17,575 nt of DNA, from positions 1 through 17,575 of the forward strand of contig JAXMNT010000087.1 of assembly GCA_034670305.1 (NCBI GenBank). The letters run 5' to 3'. This document shows, one piece after another, positions 1 through 11,494 of this stretch. The notes beneath the pieces were generated by a model that worked only from the letters and a program-made list of their open reading frames with translations, had not been told where the DNA came from and searched no databases. Every line of letters begins with the position of its first letter. Within the stretch, counting starts at the first letter, position 1. The translations under genes were made by a program, and so were the position numbers. This DNA comes from Deltaproteobacteria bacterium (GTDB lineage Bacteria; Myxococcota_A; Polyangia; Polyangiales; Houyiibacteriaceae).

Positions 1-127
<127 letters not shown>

Positions 128-147
128 TGTCGGCTAGCATGGCCGCC

Positions 148-825
148 ATGGAGCAAGAGCTCCCTCTAGCCATCTCTCGGCTCGCGATGCCGGCGGTTTT
201 CGTCTTCGTCGTTCCGACACTCAGTCTCTTTGCTGCGTCTCGTGCACGGGCCCGCGGCCACAGCCAGCTGCTTTCCGTGGCGGTCGTGGGCGGAATGTCC
301 TGGGGTGTCTTCATTCTCGCGCTGGGGGCGCTGTCGACACTTGGGGAGCATCGGGGCTTGGACGAGGGTCCGACTGAGTTGAGCGGGTTGATGGTGATCT
401 TGCCTTCGGTGGCAGCGGGACTCCTCGGACTTCTCTGGGTTGCGCGCAGGCCCGACTTCCGGGAGCCCGCACCACCAGCAGACCGCTCGCCGTTCTCAGT
501 CCGGGTACGGGTCTGCGCAGCGGTCGCTTGCGCACTGGCATCGGTGGCCTCGACGTTGTGGCTGTACGACGGCCACACCTGGCGGGCCCACCGCCTCTTG
601 CCGGACTCGGCGGAAATTCTTGAGGAGAGCGCGCTCACGGAGCCGTTTCTGTCCGATTACGCCTACCGAATCCGCGCGCGCATGTCGGAGGACGACTTCC
701 ATCATTGGACCGAGCAACTGGGCGTTGAGCCCGGACCGGACGAGGAAGAACGTGGGGACGAGCAGTGTTGGTCGAGCGCACAGTACGAAGATGGGGTGGG
801 CACGTACTCCGCCAACTGTATGTAG
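148..825 (+). CDS. Hypothetical integral membrane protein (about 4 TM helices plus a soluble C-terminal domain)
   Basis: ORF 127..825 has in-frame ATGs at 139 and 148, so the start is uncertain. Four hydrophobic segments ([72 protein letters not shown]) are followed by an acidic soluble tail. Confidence 0.65.
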   Translation: MEQELPLAISRLAMPAVFVFVVPTLSLFAASRARARGHSQLLSVAVVGGMSWGVFILALGALSTLGEHRGLDEGPTELSGLMVILPSVAAGLLGLLWVARRPDFREPAPPADRSPFSVRVRVCAAVACALASVASTLWLYDGHTWRAHRLLPDSAEILEESALTEPFLSDYAYRIRARMSEDDFHHWTEQLGVEPGPDEEERGDEQCWSSAQYEDGVGTYSANCM

Positions 826-858
826 CCGTCGGCTGAGCCTCTGAACCTCTGAATCGAC

Positions 859-996
859 GCCGAAGCCGACGCCGACGCCGACGCCGATCCCGAAGCCGAC
901 GCCGAGGCCGACCCCGACGCCGTAGCCGACGCCGAGGCCGACCCCGATGCCGATGCCGATGCCGATGCCGAAGCCGATGCCGAGGCCGATGCCGAA
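859..996. repeat. Degenerate hexamer tandem array (GCCGAN/CCCGAN)x23, intergenic
   Basis: Period-6 array of GCCGAC/GCCGAT/GCCGAA/GCCGAG units between convergent genes. Confidence 0.93.
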
Positions 997-1020
997 GCCG
1001 CGATGGCCCCGAGCGACTCA

Positions 1021-1043
1021 ACGGGCACGGGCACGGGCACGGG
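1021..1043. repeat. Short (ACGGGC)x3.8 array, reverse complement of the GCCCGT array at 5410
   Basis: Sequence is acgggcacgggcacgggcacggg. Confidence 0.8.
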
Positions 1044-1063
1044 TGACGCACCCCGTGCCTCCT

Positions 1064-1924
1064 CTACCGGTGGGGGCCGGCGGGGGGTGGGGCGTTGAGG
1101 GCTTGGAGGGTGCGGAGGGCGGAGCCGAGTTCGTGGAGTTCGGGAACTCGGTGCCAGGTGAGGAGGAGGCCTTTGCTGCGGGTGGCGTGCGCGGTGTCGG
1201 GGGCGGCGGCTTGGAGTTGTTGGAGGGCTTTGGGGCCGAGCGCGGGGCCGAAGGTGGCGGCGTCGAAGGGTGGGGTGGCGTCGCCTTCGAAGTCGGGGGC
1301 GCAAGGGGCCCAGAATGTCCAGCCGAGGGTGGAGGGGGCGATGGTGACCGATGGGTTGCGGACGCGCAGTCGCAGCCCGCGCGGGCCTCGGTCGATTTTG
1401 GCTTCGCCGTGCATCATCGCGAGTTCCTGCAAGGTCGCGTGGCAGAAGCCGGCGAGCCGGGCGACGAGATCGATGGCGGCGTCGAGCGGCTGTGTGTCCT
1501 TCAGCTCGCGCAGCTCGCAACGCACCACGCCTTCGGCGGCGGAGAGCTTGGAGCGTGGGCCGCAGCTGGCGAAGAGCTGCTCGGCGTGGGCGTCCCAGAG
1601 CCGTTCGAACGCCCACTGCTTCTTGGCCGCCAACTGTTCCACCCGTTGGAAGTCGGGGCCGCCTTCGACGACGTAGCGCGCGCTCACCGCGATGCAGCGG
1701 TGTTTGTGTTTCGGGGCGCCGACCGACTCGACCCGGACCACGACTTCACCGAAGCCGACTTCGTAGGGGGCGTCGGCGTCGTCGCGCGACTGGGCCCTGC
1801 GGTCCCCCACGCGCTGGCAGATGGATCGAGAAGTCGCGAAGCGCGCGTTCTGCGCCTGAGAGATCGCGAGCGAGCCGGCGACCACGGCGAACAACGCCAC
1901 GACGACCCCCACCGCGACGCCCAT
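1064..1924 (-). CDS. Hypothetical protein with N-terminal membrane anchor or signal (286 aa)
   Basis: ATG start 35 bp downstream of the RtcB-like stop; hydrophobic N-terminus [22 protein letters not shown]; protein-like composition compared with the overlapping shadow ORFs. Confidence 0.65.
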   Translation of the reverse strand: MGVAVGVVVALFAVVAGSLAISQAQNARFATSRSICQRVGDRRAQSRDDADAPYEVGFGEVVVRVESVGAPKHKHRCIAVSARYVVEGGPDFQRVEQLAAKKQWAFERLWDAHAEQLFASCGPRSKLSAAEGVVRCELRELKDTQPLDAAIDLVARLAGFCHATLQELAMMHGEAKIDRGPRGLRLRVRNPSVTIAPSTLGWTFWAPCAPDFEGDATPPFDAATFGPALGPKALQQLQAAAPDTAHATRSKGLLLTWHRVPELHELGSALRTLQALNAPPPAGPHR

Positions 1925-1959
1925 CTAGCCGCCCGCTTCCAGCGTGCGCGCCGCTCTGT

Positions 1960-3195
1960 TCACGCGTCGCCGGGCATCGGTTTGTCGCGAAGCACGTAGC
2001 GCACGTTTGTCGTCACGACCGCTTCGCCGAGTTCGAGGCGCTCCATGCAGCCGAGCACTTCGTCGCCGCGGTAGGCGTACTTGGCTTCGCGGGGATGCAG
2101 GATCGTCTCGGTGGATCCGTCCGGTCGGCGGATGGTGAACTTGCGGTCGTCCGGGCCGTGTTCGATCACGCCGGTGACCTTCTCGAACTGGGGGTAGAGG
2201 TAGCCGCCGCCGTGGGGGAGCAGGTTCGCGCCAAGGACGCGATCGACCACCCCGTGTTTCTTCGCGCGGTCGAGGAACCCTTCGCGTTCGGCGATGTCTT
2301 CGCGGAAGTTCGCCTTCGGTTTCACCAGGTACACCGGCAGGTCCGCGCTGATGGTCAGCGGGAAGACGGTGCCGTTGTCGACTTCTTCGTCTTCGAAGAC
2401 GTAACAGCCGAGGTGGGCCCGGTTCATCGTCGTCAGCCCCTGGTGGGTCGCGTTGATGACCTCGCGCCAGCCGCCCTGGGACTCGTCGTCGTTCTGTTCC
2501 CCGAAGAGCGCGGTGGCCATCGCGGCGCGGCGCGCGTGGTTCCAGTTCTGGATGCGCATGTAGATCTCATGCCACCACACCGCGTGTTCGCCTTCGAGCA
2601 CATTGAGGGTGCCCCACGGGGTCTCGATGAGGCGGGAGCGCTTCTTCAAGTCTTCGTCGTGGTCGTAGTAGATGCCGCTCCCGAAGGGCGAGCTTCCGCG
2701 GTGTTCGTGGCCGCTCGAGTGCATCACGAAGTAGGCCTTGGCGTCGCCGCCTTCGACGGTCTCGCAGACGTCGAGGAAGTGGTTGCCGTGGTCGAGGTCG
2801 TAGACGACCGGGAGTCCTTCGCACTCGACTTCACCGTCCATCAGCTTTTGTGCGTTGGCCATCAGCTGGTCGCGGTCGGTGACTTCCGGGAGCGCGCCGA
2901 CCAGCATGCCGCAGCCGTTGCTCTTGATGTCGAGCACGACGAAGTCGCCGGTCCACGCGATGCGCCCGCCGTAACCGAACCCTTGAGTCCAGCGTTTGAC
3001 GTTGCGGGTCACGGTGGCGTCGGGCGCACCCACGAACGTTGCGTCCGGTGGCAGCCCCATCTGGCGCTGGGCTTCTTGGATCTTGGCGATGCCGTACGGC
3101 ATGTTGGCCGCGCAGAGCTGTTCGCCCACGTCGCCGACGCCAGCCATGAAACAGTGTTCGCGGGCTCGTTCGAGGAGCGCGTCGCTATCGGTCAT
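1960..3195 (-). CDS. Divergent RtcB-superfamily protein (RNA 3'-phosphate/5'-OH ligase fold), 411 aa
   Basis: RtcB motifs in canonical order: APD59, NGC95GM, GN138H139FLD, VMH159SS, ATH251Q, PH328GGG, E370AKYAY375R. Strong GC3 codon bias. Confidence 0.8.
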   Translation of the reverse strand: MTDSDALLERAREHCFMAGVGDVGEQLCAANMPYGIAKIQEAQRQMGLPPDATFVGAPDATVTRNVKRWTQGFGYGGRIAWTGDFVVLDIKSNGCGMLVGALPEVTDRDQLMANAQKLMDGEVECEGLPVVYDLDHGNHFLDVCETVEGGDAKAYFVMHSSGHEHRGSSPFGSGIYYDHDEDLKKRSRLIETPWGTLNVLEGEHAVWWHEIYMRIQNWNHARRAAMATALFGEQNDDESQGGWREVINATHQGLTTMNRAHLGCYVFEDEEVDNGTVFPLTISADLPVYLVKPKANFREDIAEREGFLDRAKKHGVVDRVLGANLLPHGGGYLYPQFEKVTGVIEHGPDDRKFTIRRPDGSTETILHPREAKYAYRGDEVLGCMERLELGEAVVTTNVRYVLRDKPMPGDA

Positions 3196-3262
3196 ACAGA
3201 AGTCTCTCTTTGGGGTGCTTGGATAGGGGCCGCCAGTCTCGCGAAGCGGTCCGCAGCGGCGA

Positions 3263-4334
3263 CTAGAAAGTCGCCTGAAGGGTCAAAGCTGCGCCGCGTT
3301 CAAGGGGCGCGACGCCAGGCGCCCGCAGGCGGAACCCACGGCTGGCGCTCTCGTGGTCGGCTTGCAGGGCTTCGTCGAAGCTGCGGGCGGACTCGAGGCG
3401 GGCGCTGGCCGAGCCGCCGCCTTCGGCGTCGAGGCGATCGCGGAGTTCCTGGTAGCGGGTCCAGCGCTTCTCGGCGTCGGAGCGGCTCGCGAGTCCGATG
3501 ATGCCGGTGATGAGCGAGATCCCCGAACCGATCAGAATGAGGTAGTCGAACGGGCTGTCGATCGAGAAGTCGTTGGGCGCGAGGTACAGCGGGATGACCA
3601 TCAGCCCGAGCGCGACGTTGATGCCGGACTCGATGAAGCGCGCGATCTTGGTCCGGCGGGAGAGGTACTCGAGCGAGGCTTCGCCGAAGTCCACGCGCGC
3701 TTGCACCGCTTCGAGATCGGTCATCGGCATGTGGGTGTATTCGATGGCGCGGCTCGAGGGGTTCGGCGTGACGAAGAGGCTCACGAGGCCGGTGACCAGG
3801 TTGGCGGTGCCGTAGAGCAGCAAGTAGGTCGCGGTCTCTCGTTCGTCCCACTTGTAGATGCCGATGCCCACGCCGAGGCCGCCGGCCAGGAGCGAGAAGA
3901 CACCATCGAGGATGCGGCTGTTGCCGCGGGCCGAGAGCGCCTGAAGGTCCTGGTCGAGCACCCGCAGGCGCGCGCGAAGTCGCGGCGGAATGCGCGCGAG
4001 GTCTTCGTCGATGCCGGTGTGGCCAGGCGGGGCGGCGTACCGGACCTCCGGATAGCCGGTGCCGGGGGGCGGGGGGATGTCGCCCGTCAGTGCGACGTCC
4101 ACGCCGAGGTCGGCGGCTTCGGTCGAGGTCGCACCCTCCGCGGTGGCGGTTGGCGCGGGTGCGGTGCGGTCGCCTCGCGGCGCGCTCAGCCCAGAGGCGC
4201 CTTCGGTGCTCTGTGCCGAGGCGGGGCTGGCGCATGCGGCGGCCAGGAGCACGGCGCTTCCCACAGACAGCAGGGCAGCCATCCAAGATTGATGCGCACG
4301 CGAGGGACGGACCACGGGGGGAAGGGGCACGGGC

Positions 4335-4345
<11 letters not shown>
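3263..4345 (-). CDS. Hypothetical membrane protein (signal-like N-terminus, about 4 Gly-rich TM helices)
   Basis: Signal-like segment MAALLSVGSAVLLAAACASPASAQ (alternative start 4282), a Pro/Ala/Thr linker, and TM-like segments GVFSLLAGGLGVGIGIY, YLLLYGTANLVTGLVSLFV, GINVALGLMVIPLYL and YLILIGSGISLITGIIGLA. Overlaps the upstream TPR gene by 11 nt. Confidence 0.8.
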
Positions 4346-7480
<3,135 letters not shown>

Positions 7481-7546
7481 GTCGTTGTGGGTGGTGCGTA
7501 GGTCGTCCCGAGCGTCCCCTCCTCGAGACGACCCCACGCCAGCGCA

Positions 7547-7927
7547 TCAGCTCTTCTTGAGAAGGTCGCGGATCTCGCGGAGCAATACGACATCCTCGGG
7601 GTCCGGCGCGGGCTCGGGCTCGGGCTCGGGCTCTTCCTTCTTCTTCATCTTGGCCATCATCTTGTTCGCCGGTTTGACCAGGAAGAAGTAGATGACGGCG
7701 GCGGTGAGAAGGAAGTTGACGATGGCGGTCACGACCAGGCCGGCCTGAACCGGTCCGATGTTGATCGCGTCGTCGAAGTTGGGCGTTCCGACGATCGCGC
7801 CGAGTGCGGGATTGATCACGCCTTCGACAAACTTGTCGACGATGGTCTTGAACGCGCCGCCAATGATGACGGCGACCGCCAACTCGATCACGTTTCCACG
7901 GAGAATGAACTCTTTGAAGCCCTTCAT
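7547..7927 (-). CDS. mscL: Large-conductance mechanosensitive channel MscL
   Basis: FKEFILRGNVIELAVAVIIGGAF N-terminal signature, TM2 AIVNFLLTAAVIYFF, C-terminal LLREIRDLLK; AGGAGG RBS upstream. Confidence 0.97.
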   Translation of the reverse strand: MKGFKEFILRGNVIELAVAVIIGGAFKTIVDKFVEGVINPALGAIVGTPNFDDAINIGPVQAGLVVTAIVNFLLTAAVIYFFLVKPANKMMAKMKKKEEPEPEPEPAPDPEDVVLLREIRDLLKKS

Positions 7928-8037
7928 CGGGGCCTCCTTTCTTGGGGACGAATGTGTCGAGTCGCCTTACCACGAATTCGGCGTCGGACACCCGTTGTCC
8001 ACGCAAATAGCCAAAAGCGGTGGCGTGTCGGATTGAC

Positions 8038-8063
8038 GGTGCCCGAAGCGGGCTCACCTTTTT
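8038..8063 (+). terminator. Intrinsic-terminator-like hairpin with T5 tail
   Basis: GGT-GCCCG-aag-CGGGC-tc-ACC followed by TTTTT (8059-8063). Confidence 0.4.
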
Positions 8064-8105
8064 GGGGGTGGTGTTGAATCCCGGCTGCCCGGGACCCGTC
8101 CACCG

Positions 8106-8130
8106 GATGCCGCGTAGCGATCGCGGCATC
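8106..8130. terminator. Perfect 9-bp hairpin 22 nt downstream of the pyrC-carA-lipoprotein operon
   Basis: GATGCCGCG-tagcgat-CGCGGCATC. There is no U-tract on the minus strand, so it may be an mRNA-stabilising or atypical terminator structure. Confidence 0.4.
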
Positions 8131-8152
8131 AAAGACCGAATCAGTGCCCGTG

Positions 8153-8536
8153 TCAGCGCTCTCGGGCGCGAAACGTCATGACCAAACCACGATCGTCGAT
8201 CGTGATCGCCCTGCGCTCCATCAGTGGCTCTTCCTGACAGTCCAGGAGCGACAAGTCGTAGATGCCTGGCTCGAGGTCCCAGGCTCTTCCTTCACCGATG
8301 GCGATGACTTCCGAGGGACCGAGCCGGTCCGGTCCCCGACGCGTCCCGTTCTCGGACAGATGGGTGGGCCACGCGTAGACGAAGCAAACGATGTCTTCGC
8401 TGTGGTTGCGCACCAAGAGCGCGACGCCATCTGCGTCGGGGGTGGTCTGGTTCGCGCCGCTCTGGACCGCAGTTCCGCTCGCGCAGGCAGCGGCAAGACA
8501 GACCACACACGCAGCCCACGACCGGAGCGCGTGCAT
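8153..8536 (-). CDS. Small hypothetical lipoprotein (127 aa)
   Basis: ATG overlaps the carA stop (TGATG). Lipobox VVCLAAA-C, then a beta-rich domain (VRNHSEDIVCFVYAWP...GPDRLG...PGIYDLSLLDC). Confidence 0.75.
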   Translation of the reverse strand: MHALRSWAACVVCLAAACASGTAVQSGANQTTPDADGVALLVRNHSEDIVCFVYAWPTHLSENGTRRGPDRLGPSEVIAIGEGRAWDLEPGIYDLSLLDCQEEPLMERRAITIDDRGLVMTFRARER

Positions 8537-9642
8537 CAAGACATGGCCGAGACGAACTGGTCGAACAGGTAGCGGGAGTCGTGGGGACCTGCCCCGGCTT
8601 CGGGGTGGTACTGGACCCCGAACGCGCGCTGCGAAGGGTCGGCGATGCCCATGCAGGTCCCGTCGTTGAGATGCACGTGGGTGACCTGTGCCGTCGGCGC
8701 CAAAGACTCCGGATCCACCGCGAACCCATGGTTCTGCGTCGTGATCTCGATGCGGCCCGTCTCGAGGTTCTTCACCGGCTGGTTGATGCCGCGGTGACCG
8801 AACTTGAGCTTGAAGGTGCGGGCGCCGAGCGCGAGCGAGAGGATCTGGTGCCCGAGGCAGATCCCGAACATCGGGAACTCTCCGAGCAAGGCGCGGGTCA
8901 GCTCGATCCCGTACTCGACCGGCGCGGGGTCTCCTGGGCCGTTGGAGAGAAACACGCCGTCGGGCTTCAGCGCTCGGACTTCGTCCGCCGTCGTTCGGTT
9001 CGGCACCACCGTGACCCGGCAGCCGGCGTCCACGAGGCACCGGAGGATGTTTCGTTTGGCACCGAAGTCGACCGCGACCACGTGTGGCCCGCTGTCTTGC
9101 CCCGACCGTGGTTCGGCGAGCGCCCACACGCCGGTTCCTTCGGTCCAGGGGTAGGGTTCCTTGGCGCTCACCTCACCGGTGAGGTCTTTGCCGGTCATCG
9201 GCGCCGCGTCCGCCGCCATCTTTCGGAGCGTGTCCACATCGGAGGTGCCCATCGCGGCCATCTGTGCGCCACGGTCGCGGATGGCGCGGGTGAGCGCGCG
9301 GGTGTCCACGCCTTGGATGCCCACCACGCCGTGGGTGCGCAGGTAGTCCTCGAGCGTCGCTTCGCTGCGCCAGCTGCTCGCGATGGGGCTGAGCTCGTGC
9401 ACGACGAACCCAGCCAGCGCCGGTGCGGCCGCCTCCACGTCGTCTGCATTGACGCCGGTGTTGCCCATCATGGGGGCGGTCATCGTGACGAGCTGACCGC
9501 AGTAGGACGGGTCGGTCAGCACTTCCTGATACCCCGTCATGCCGGTCGTGAAGACCGCTTCGCCGATGCTGTCGCCCGGCGCGCCCATCGCTTCGCCGTC
9601 GAAGACGGTGCCGTCGGCCAGAACCAAGTGTGCCTGTGTCAT
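8536..9642 (-). CDS. carA: Carbamoyl-phosphate synthase small (glutaminase) subunit
   Basis: LADGTVF, GEAVFTTGMTGYQEVLTDPSY, LSNGPGDP, FGICLGHQ (catalytic Cys), FGHRGINQPV, QNHGFAV, QYHPEA. ATG at 9642 overlaps the pyrC stop (ATGA). Confidence 0.97.
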   Translation of the reverse strand: MTQAHLVLADGTVFDGEAMGAPGDSIGEAVFTTGMTGYQEVLTDPSYCGQLVTMTAPMMGNTGVNADDVEAAAPALAGFVVHELSPIASSWRSEATLEDYLRTHGVVGIQGVDTRALTRAIRDRGAQMAAMGTSDVDTLRKMAADAAPMTGKDLTGEVSAKEPYPWTEGTGVWALAEPRSGQDSGPHVVAVDFGAKRNILRCLVDAGCRVTVVPNRTTADEVRALKPDGVFLSNGPGDPAPVEYGIELTRALLGEFPMFGICLGHQILSLALGARTFKLKFGHRGINQPVKNLETGRIEITTQNHGFAVDPESLAPTAQVTHVHLNDGTCMGIADPSQRAFGVQYHPEAGAGPHDSRYLFDQFVSAMS

Positions 9643-10922
9643 GTCGTCTCTTCCGGCAGCTCGTGAACGATGCGTCCGTCCACGAGGGTCAGCGTTGCTC
9701 TGCCCCGCACCCGCGCGCCGAGCAGGGGGGTGTTGGCGGCTTTGGAACGAAGCGCGTCCGCGCGCACGGTCCATTCGGCGCCAGGATCGATCACGGTGAG
9801 GTCTCTCGCGCCCGTGAGCGCGGCACTTCGACCCAGAATGTTCGCGGGGCCGGTGGTGAGTGCGGCGATCGTCGTGCCCAGGGGCAGATCGCCCGACGCG
9901 ACCAGCGCGCAGAGAAGGGACACCGCGGTCTCGAGCCCAGCGATGCCCGGAAGCGCCACTTCGAGTTCGCACTCTTTCGCGAGGGCATGGTGGGGCGCGT
10001 GGTCGGTCGCGATGGCGTCGATGGTTCCGTCGCGGACGCCCGCGAGCAGGGCCTGCCGGTCGGATTCCTCGCGGAGCGGCGGCACGACCTTCGCCAAGGT
10101 GTTGAAGCCCTCGAGCAACGCGTCCGTGAACGAGAGGTGGTGCGGCGTCACGTCGGCGGTCACTCGGACGCCGCGGGCTTTGGCTTCGCGCACGACCTCG
10201 ACCGCCCCGCCGCTCGAGAGGTGGGCGACATGCAGATGCGCGCCGCTCATCTCCGCCACCCGCACATCGCGGGCCACCGCCGCGTCCTCGGCTTCTCGGG
10301 GCCAACCGCGCAGCCCCATGCGGATGCTGCGCACCCCTTCATGGACGAACGCACCTCGGACGAGGTCCGGCTCTTCGCAGTGCTGCATGACGACCAGGCC
10401 GAAGGTCGAGGCGTACTCGAGTGCGCGCCGAAGCAGTCCCGCGTCTCGAATGGGCCAGCGGTCGTCGGTGACACCGACCACGCCGGCGGCCTGCAGCTCC
10501 GCCATCTCGGTCAGGGCCACGCCTTTCATGCCGAGCGTGATGCAGCCGAAGGGCAGAAGCCGCGTGCCACCGAGCGCGCGGGCGCGGGCGACGAGCATGT
10601 CGGTGACCGCGCGGGTGTCGTTGGGGGGAAGGGTGCCCGGCATGGCGCACACGGTCGTGTAGCCACCGGCCGCCGCGGCGCGGAGCCCGGACTCGAGGTC
10701 CTCTTTGTGTTCTTCGCCTGGCTCCCGCAGGTGGGTGCGCAGGTCGATGAGTCCGGGGACCACCCAGCAGCCCGTCACGTCGCGGACTTCATGATCGCCC
10801 GCGATGGGTGCAGCGTCGGCTCCGAACGACGCGCCCTCGGCGCCGACGATCACGTCGGCCACTGCGTCGAATCCGGAGGCGGGGTCGAGCACGCGTCCGC
10901 CGCGGAGCAGAAGGTGGCCCAT
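9639..10922 (-). CDS. pyrC: Dihydroorotase-family protein, probably the non-catalytic PyrC' type
   Basis: PGLIDLRTHLREPG, AAAGGYTTVCAMP, HCEE, HVAHLS, DVTPHHL, KVVPPLR, IATDHAPH, PGIAGLET, NTPLLG. The first Zn-ligand His is replaced by Arg. Start is ATG 10922 or GTG 10931. Confidence 0.88.
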   Translation of the reverse strand: MGHLLLRGGRVLDPASGFDAVADVIVGAEGASFGADAAPIAGDHEVRDVTGCWVVPGLIDLRTHLREPGEEHKEDLESGLRAAAAGGYTTVCAMPGTLPPNDTRAVTDMLVARARALGGTRLLPFGCITLGMKGVALTEMAELQAAGVVGVTDDRWPIRDAGLLRRALEYASTFGLVVMQHCEEPDLVRGAFVHEGVRSIRMGLRGWPREAEDAAVARDVRVAEMSGAHLHVAHLSSGGAVEVVREAKARGVRVTADVTPHHLSFTDALLEGFNTLAKVVPPLREESDRQALLAGVRDGTIDAIATDHAPHHALAKECELEVALPGIAGLETAVSLLCALVASGDLPLGTTIAALTTGPANILGRSAALTGARDLTVIDPGAEWTVRADALRSKAANTPLLGARVRGRATLTLVDGRIVHELPEETT

Positions 10923-10931
10923 CGAGACCAC

Positions 10932-10960
10932 GCGTTACGTCAACCCCGGCCGGCCGTCAA
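10932..10960 (-). promoter_or_regulatory. Possible sigma70-type promoter for pyrC-carA
   Basis: TTGACG-N17-TAACGC on the minus strand, ending 9 nt before the ATG at 10922. The -10 element is imperfect. Confidence 0.3.
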
Positions 10961-11071
10961 CGGTGCCTGCAGGCTGGGGCCGGCACCAGTGACGGCGATG
11001 AATCCCTAGCTCCTTGAGATGACGAGAGAATTGGACGTTCGCTGTCGTATCGGAGGCGATCCGGAAGAAAA

Positions 11072-11087
11072 TGTAGCGATCGCGACA
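11072..11087. promoter_or_regulatory. Near-palindromic TGT-N10-ACA operator-like site in the divergent intergenic region
   Basis: TGTAGCGATCGCGACA; 14 of 16 positions are self-complementary; lies in a relatively AT-rich divergent promoter region. Confidence 0.35.
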
Positions 11088-11233
11088 CGTCGAGGTCGTT
11101 TTTTTCGCTCGGGCGATCTCTTCGTGATCTCCATAGGTTAGCGTGACCACACCCGGTGTGACCCCAGGTTGGATGGCCCTACATCGCACGTCACCGATTG
11201 TCATCGCTCAGACCGGCTGATAGATCGATCGGT

Positions 11234-11494
11234 ATGCGCATCTCGAACAGCTTCAGTGAAGGCGAGATCCAGGTTCTCGAGTTCATCCTTCAGACCCTCC
11301 TTCGCGGCGGCACGCCCAGCATGGCCACCCGCAACAAAGACTTCGCCTCTCTCTATCGAAAAGTGATTTCGATGAAGAAGCGGGTCCACGCGAAACGTGA
11401 GAAGGACATTCTCGAGTCCTCGGTCGGAACCGTCGCCGCCGTCGACGATGACGACATCTCCGAGATCGATTCTGATCTCGAAGAAGCCGTCTGA
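11234..11494 (+). CDS. Small hypothetical protein (86 aa): helical basic core with acidic tail
   Basis: MRISNSFSEGEIQVLEFILQTLLRGG...RKVISMKKRVHAKREK...DDDDISEIDSDLEEAV. Normal codon bias; fills the gap between divergent pyrC and convergent pilB. Confidence 0.75.
   Translation: MRISNSFSEGEIQVLEFILQTLLRGGTPSMATRNKDFASLYRKVISMKKRVHAKREKDILESSVGTVAAVDDDDISEIDSDLEEAV

Noticed and set aside
859-996. Repeat arrays (here and at 5410-5700, 17358-17453) as CRISPR arrays
   Set aside because: Pure period-6 tandem units with no unique spacers, and no cas genes.
7605-7650. (GGCTCG)n repeat inside mscL
   Set aside because: Encodes the ordinary variable Glu-Pro linker before the C-terminal helix; in frame and unremarkable.
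7983-8130. tRNA, SRP RNA, 6S RNA or c-di-GMP riboswitch in the mscL upstream region
   Set aside because: No T-loop/CCA cloverleaf, SRP GGAA-loop motif or GEMM consensus could be matched; kept only as an unclassified structured region.
9643-10305. 589-aa version of carA
   Set aside because: The extension overlaps pyrC in another frame and is Arg-rich junk. CarA homology starts at ATG 9642, coupled to the pyrC stop.
11060-11125. PyrR-type attenuator upstream of pyrC
   Set aside because: The T-tract (11099-11105) is on the wrong strand for pyrC and no PyrR-binding-loop consensus is visible.
11175-11190. Sigma54 promoter (TGGCCC...TCGCA) for the 86-aa gene
   Set aside because: GG-to-GC spacing is 9 nt rather than the required 10.
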